25,534 bases of DNA. It comes from a virus (taxonomy: Duplodnaviria > Caudoviricetes). Positions 23,274 to 25,534 of this stretch are shown one piece after another. The stretch is taken from IMG/VR virus record IMGVR_UViG_3300011339_000787, positions 1-25,534 of that record; one strand, 5' to 3'. Position 1 is the first letter of the stretch; every line of letters starts with the position of its first letter. The translations under genes and the position numbers were made by a program. The notes beneath the pieces were generated by a model that was given only the letters and a program-made list of their open reading frames with translations, did not search any database and had not been told where the DNA came from.

Positions 23274-23573
23274 TTAAGCAAAAAGCGTGTAGGTCGTTTC
23301 AGAAGTTGCGAAATCGTCGTTGGTTTCAGAAACCTTAGACCCAGTAATTTTTGCCCCGCTGAAGCTACCCTCTGGCACTGCGTCCAGATCGGCTTCGCCC
23401 TTGGTTTTGACGGTTGTCGTGGTAGTGCTGCGCGGTTTTGCCTGCACAACTACCGTTTGCCCGTCGGAATCGCGGATTGTGGCAAGCTCCACAACAGTTT
23501 CTTGCGTGGATTCTTGCAGGTAACCACTAGGCGCGGTCACTCCAAATGTTACGGCTCCAAATGATACGGGCAT
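23274..23573 (-). CDS. Small tail tube-like protein 1 (99 aa)
   Basis: Follows the terminator-like gene; Thr-rich beta pattern; shares TFG, SG...ES, VK.KG and NDDF with the next gene. Confidence 0.6.
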   Translation of the reverse strand: MPVSFGAVTFGVTAPSGYLQESTQETVVELATIRDSDGQTVVVQAKPRSTTTTTVKTKGEADLDAVPEGSFSGAKITGSKVSETNDDFATSETTYTLFA

Positions 23574-23579
23574 AATGCT

Positions 23580-23960
23580 TTAGGGTGTTGGACCAAACCC
23601 CACGATGTAGGGCATCGACGTGCGCCAGTGCCGTTCTTCGCGGAGGTTGTCGGTTGATTGTGCGACGACACCGTAAATCTGCACGGCGCCGGAAGTGATT
23701 GAGATGGATCGCATTGCGGCATCTACGGCAGACGCAAATGCAGCCTGGTCAGCTTTGGAAAAATCATCGGCCTGTGAGATCACGTTGAGCGTCAGTGTGC
23801 CGCGTTGTAGCGGGCTGCCGACCACTACGTCGGTCTGCAACTCCATGAGCACGGCCTGCGACGGGATCGGCTGGTCGTCCTGCGGTTCGCCAATGTAAAC
23901 GCCCGGAAGCGCCAGCGAGAGAGCTGCCTGCACTGCATCAGCGAGGACGCCGTCGGTCAT
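23580..23960 (-). CDS. Putative tail terminator protein (126 aa)
   Basis: Size, alpha-beta pattern and position before the tube genes. Confidence 0.55.
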   Translation of the reverse strand: MTDGVLADAVQAALSLALPGVYIGEPQDDQPIPSQAVLMELQTDVVVGSPLQRGTLTLNVISQADDFSKADQAAFASAVDAAMRSISITSGAVQIYGVVAQSTDNLREERHWRTSMPYIVGFGPTP

Positions 23961-24259
23961 CGCGTCACATCCTCCAAGTAGATCTTCCAGCTGATCGGAT
24001 CCTCGTCCCAGCTTGTAATGCGCCGCTCGGTGCCATTGACAGTGAGCTTGGCGCCCTTCACCGGCTCGGGAAACCCAGCTTTCAGAAGTCGCACAAAGCC
24101 CGCAAAGTGCTGCTCGTACCCGCCCATTGCCAGCAGGTCAGAGGTCTTCTCACTTGCCACCGAAAACACCGTGACGCCGTCATAAGTGACGGAGTCTGCC
24201 TGCATGTAGTCCAGTGCTTGGCTCATTGCAGCTTCGGTGGTGGCGGTCCAGTCGGACAT
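23957..24259 (-). CDS. Putative head closure/head-tail joining protein (gpFII-like, 100 aa)
   Basis: PVKGAKLTVNGTERRI beta-barrel motif; synteny. Confidence 0.6.
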   Translation of the reverse strand: MSDWTATTEAAMSQALDYMQADSVTYDGVTVFSVASEKTSDLLAMGGYEQHFAGFVRLLKAGFPEPVKGAKLTVNGTERRITSWDEDPISWKIYLEDVTR

Positions 24260-24486
24260 TACAGCAGGCTCTCTTTGTTGCGCTTAGATGCGGGGCGCGG
24301 TGCAGGTTGAACATTTACCACCACTAGCGGGCGGCCTTTTTTTCGGTCAGGACGATTAAGGATGTGCAACGAAAGCTCTCCCTTGTCGGGAGTTAGAGTC
24401 TTAAACTCGCGCACCGCCGCGTCGTAATCGGTAAAGCTGGCAAGAATCTCCTGCCCCTGAAGGATGACTGTAATCGGTTTAGACAT
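24259..24486 (-). CDS. Hypothetical protein after the capsid gene (75 aa)
   Basis: Start reassigned to ATG 24486, downstream of the terminator. Confidence 0.6.
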   Translation of the reverse strand: MSKPITVILQGQEILASFTDYDAAVREFKTLTPDKGELSLHILNRPDRKKGRPLVVVNVQPAPRPASKRNKESLL

Positions 24487-24495
24487 AATCGGGTT

Positions 24496-24532
24496 ACACA
24501 AAGGGGCGGGCAGCGGTTAAGCCACCCGCCCC
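24496..24532 (-). terminator. Intrinsic terminator/attenuator after the major capsid gene
   Basis: GGGGCGGGUGGC-UUAACC-GCUGCCCGCCCC 12-bp stem then UUUGUGU; the G-U pairs only work on the minus strand. Confidence 0.8.
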
Positions 24533-24544
24533 AGAGTTTAAAAA

Positions 24545-25423
24545 CTACTCAGCAACAATGCGGATGCCCATTTCAGTGCGACCCGCCTGCACTCCGTAAA
24601 GTACACCAAATGAGTACACTAAATTTGCAGTAAGGTTGTCGTAGAAACGTCGAAATTGGCAGGGAAGGTTCAAGCCCGGCACGATCACGTCAGCGATCTC
24701 GGTGCCCATCTGCTGTGCGCCAGAAGCGTCAACGCGGCGAGCTGCCATCAACAGTGCGGACTTGTGGAACACGAAACCGCCAAGGCCCTGGCCGTTTGTG
24801 TCGGCGAGATCGGACTCGTAGATGTCAAACCCAGCAACGCGGGGAATGAAGCCTTCGGTCTTTTCGCGGATGAAGCCAGGGAACTCTGCGCTGTTAAGGC
24901 TCTTAACGAGGCTGGCAAAGTAGGTCGGGTTCAGCACCACTGCACGGCCCATCTGAGGAGCGCCAGCGGCATTCAAGGATGCGCGCAGGTCAGCGAGGTC
25001 GTCCCGGTTGAAATTGCCGGGGTTGATGCCCACGCTGTTAAAGTTGCCGGAAGTGATTAAGTCCCAAAGATCCGAGAACATGCGCTTGCCAGTGGCCTGC
25101 AGTGCGGGCTCAACGAAAAGCTGGTTGAGGTCGATGGCAGACTTGGAACGCTCCAAATCGTTGAAGCCGTAGGGGAAGCCGTAGAAGTTGGAAAGCGTGA
25201 TCGTCTTTGCAACAGTTTCGACGCCCTGGGGGCTGTAGCCGCTGGAAAGGTCCACGGCAGTCGGCTTGACTGGATAGCGAGTTGTGACGGAAGCGCCTGC
25301 GGCAGAGATGTCTGCGGAGAAGTCCGTGGCAATCGCGTTAAGCGGTGCAAAAAGGTTCTGGAGAGCGGGAAGGCTTTCCTGAGCGATGGCAGCCAGGTTC
25401 ACCCCGGCGATGGTATTGGGCAT
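24545..25423 (-). CDS. Major capsid protein (HK97 fold, P22 coat-like, 292 aa)
   Basis: G.SVT..YP, GRAVVLNP, G.IPRVAGFDIYES, FHKSAL and GVLYGV motifs; followed by a strong terminator. Confidence 0.85.
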   Translation of the reverse strand: MPNTIAGVNLAAIAQESLPALQNLFAPLNAIATDFSADISAAGASVTTRYPVKPTAVDLSSGYSPQGVETVAKTITLSNFYGFPYGFNDLERSKSAIDLNQLFVEPALQATGKRMFSDLWDLITSGNFNSVGINPGNFNRDDLADLRASLNAAGAPQMGRAVVLNPTYFASLVKSLNSAEFPGFIREKTEGFIPRVAGFDIYESDLADTNGQGLGGFVFHKSALLMAARRVDASGAQQMGTEIADVIVPGLNLPCQFRRFYDNLTANLVYSFGVLYGVQAGRTEMGIRIVAE

Positions 25424-25447
25424 GGTCTTGTGGTTGTTGGGGTTGGA

Positions 25448-25534
25448 CTAGCTGAGTTTCAGCGCGGCTTTGTGCTGCGCATAAAAAGCGTTTCGAGCGT
25501 CAATTGGCAGGCTGTTGTACTCAGCCCAAAGCTC
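25448..25534 (-). CDS. 3' end of the gene upstream of the capsid (probable scaffold/prohead protease), partial
   Basis: Open frame ELWAEYNSLPIDARNAFYAQHKAALKLS-stop running off the window edge; helical-hairpin C-terminus typical of scaffolds. Confidence 0.55.
   Translation of the reverse strand, partial: ELWAEYNSLPIDARNAFYAQHKAALKLS

Noticed and set aside
76-25060. All plus-strand ORFs in the track (e.g. 2163-2837, 3469-3987, 14308-14754, 21603-22109)
   Set aside because: They are antisense shadows of well-tiled minus-strand genes, with no recognisable motifs; the Pro-rich ones mirror Gly-rich fibre codons.

Overview
The window is most of a small tailed-phage (siphovirus-like) genome, with essentially every gene on the minus strand. 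Read in the direction of transcription (25534 to 1), the order is: the end of a scaffold/protease gene, major capsid, head-tail and tail genes, fibres, a lysis region, a promoter-rich early region, recombination/replication genes, small coiled-coil genes and an HTH gene. The tail genes include two tiny paralogous tube-like proteins, a G/GT chaperone with a clear -1 frameshift signal, a short tape measure and tip proteins. The lysis region holds holin-like genes, a metallophosphoesterase and a lysozyme-type endolysin. Recombination/replication genes are a Cas4-like exonuclease, RuvC-like resolvase, RecT-like annealase, SSB, a DnaB-N/RepA-type helicase and an iteron-bearing initiator. No integrase, repressor, terminase or portal is visible. 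The most notable content is non-coding. There is a complete type II hammerhead ribozyme (8712-8763, minus) with a competing hairpin that can hide its catalytic core, and three matching leaderless promoters. There are also two further strongly structured intergenic RNA candidates (429-611, containing a twice-repeated motif with a compensatory base-pair change, and 9728-9829). Protein calls rest on motif recognition and gene order only; no database searches or folding programs were run.
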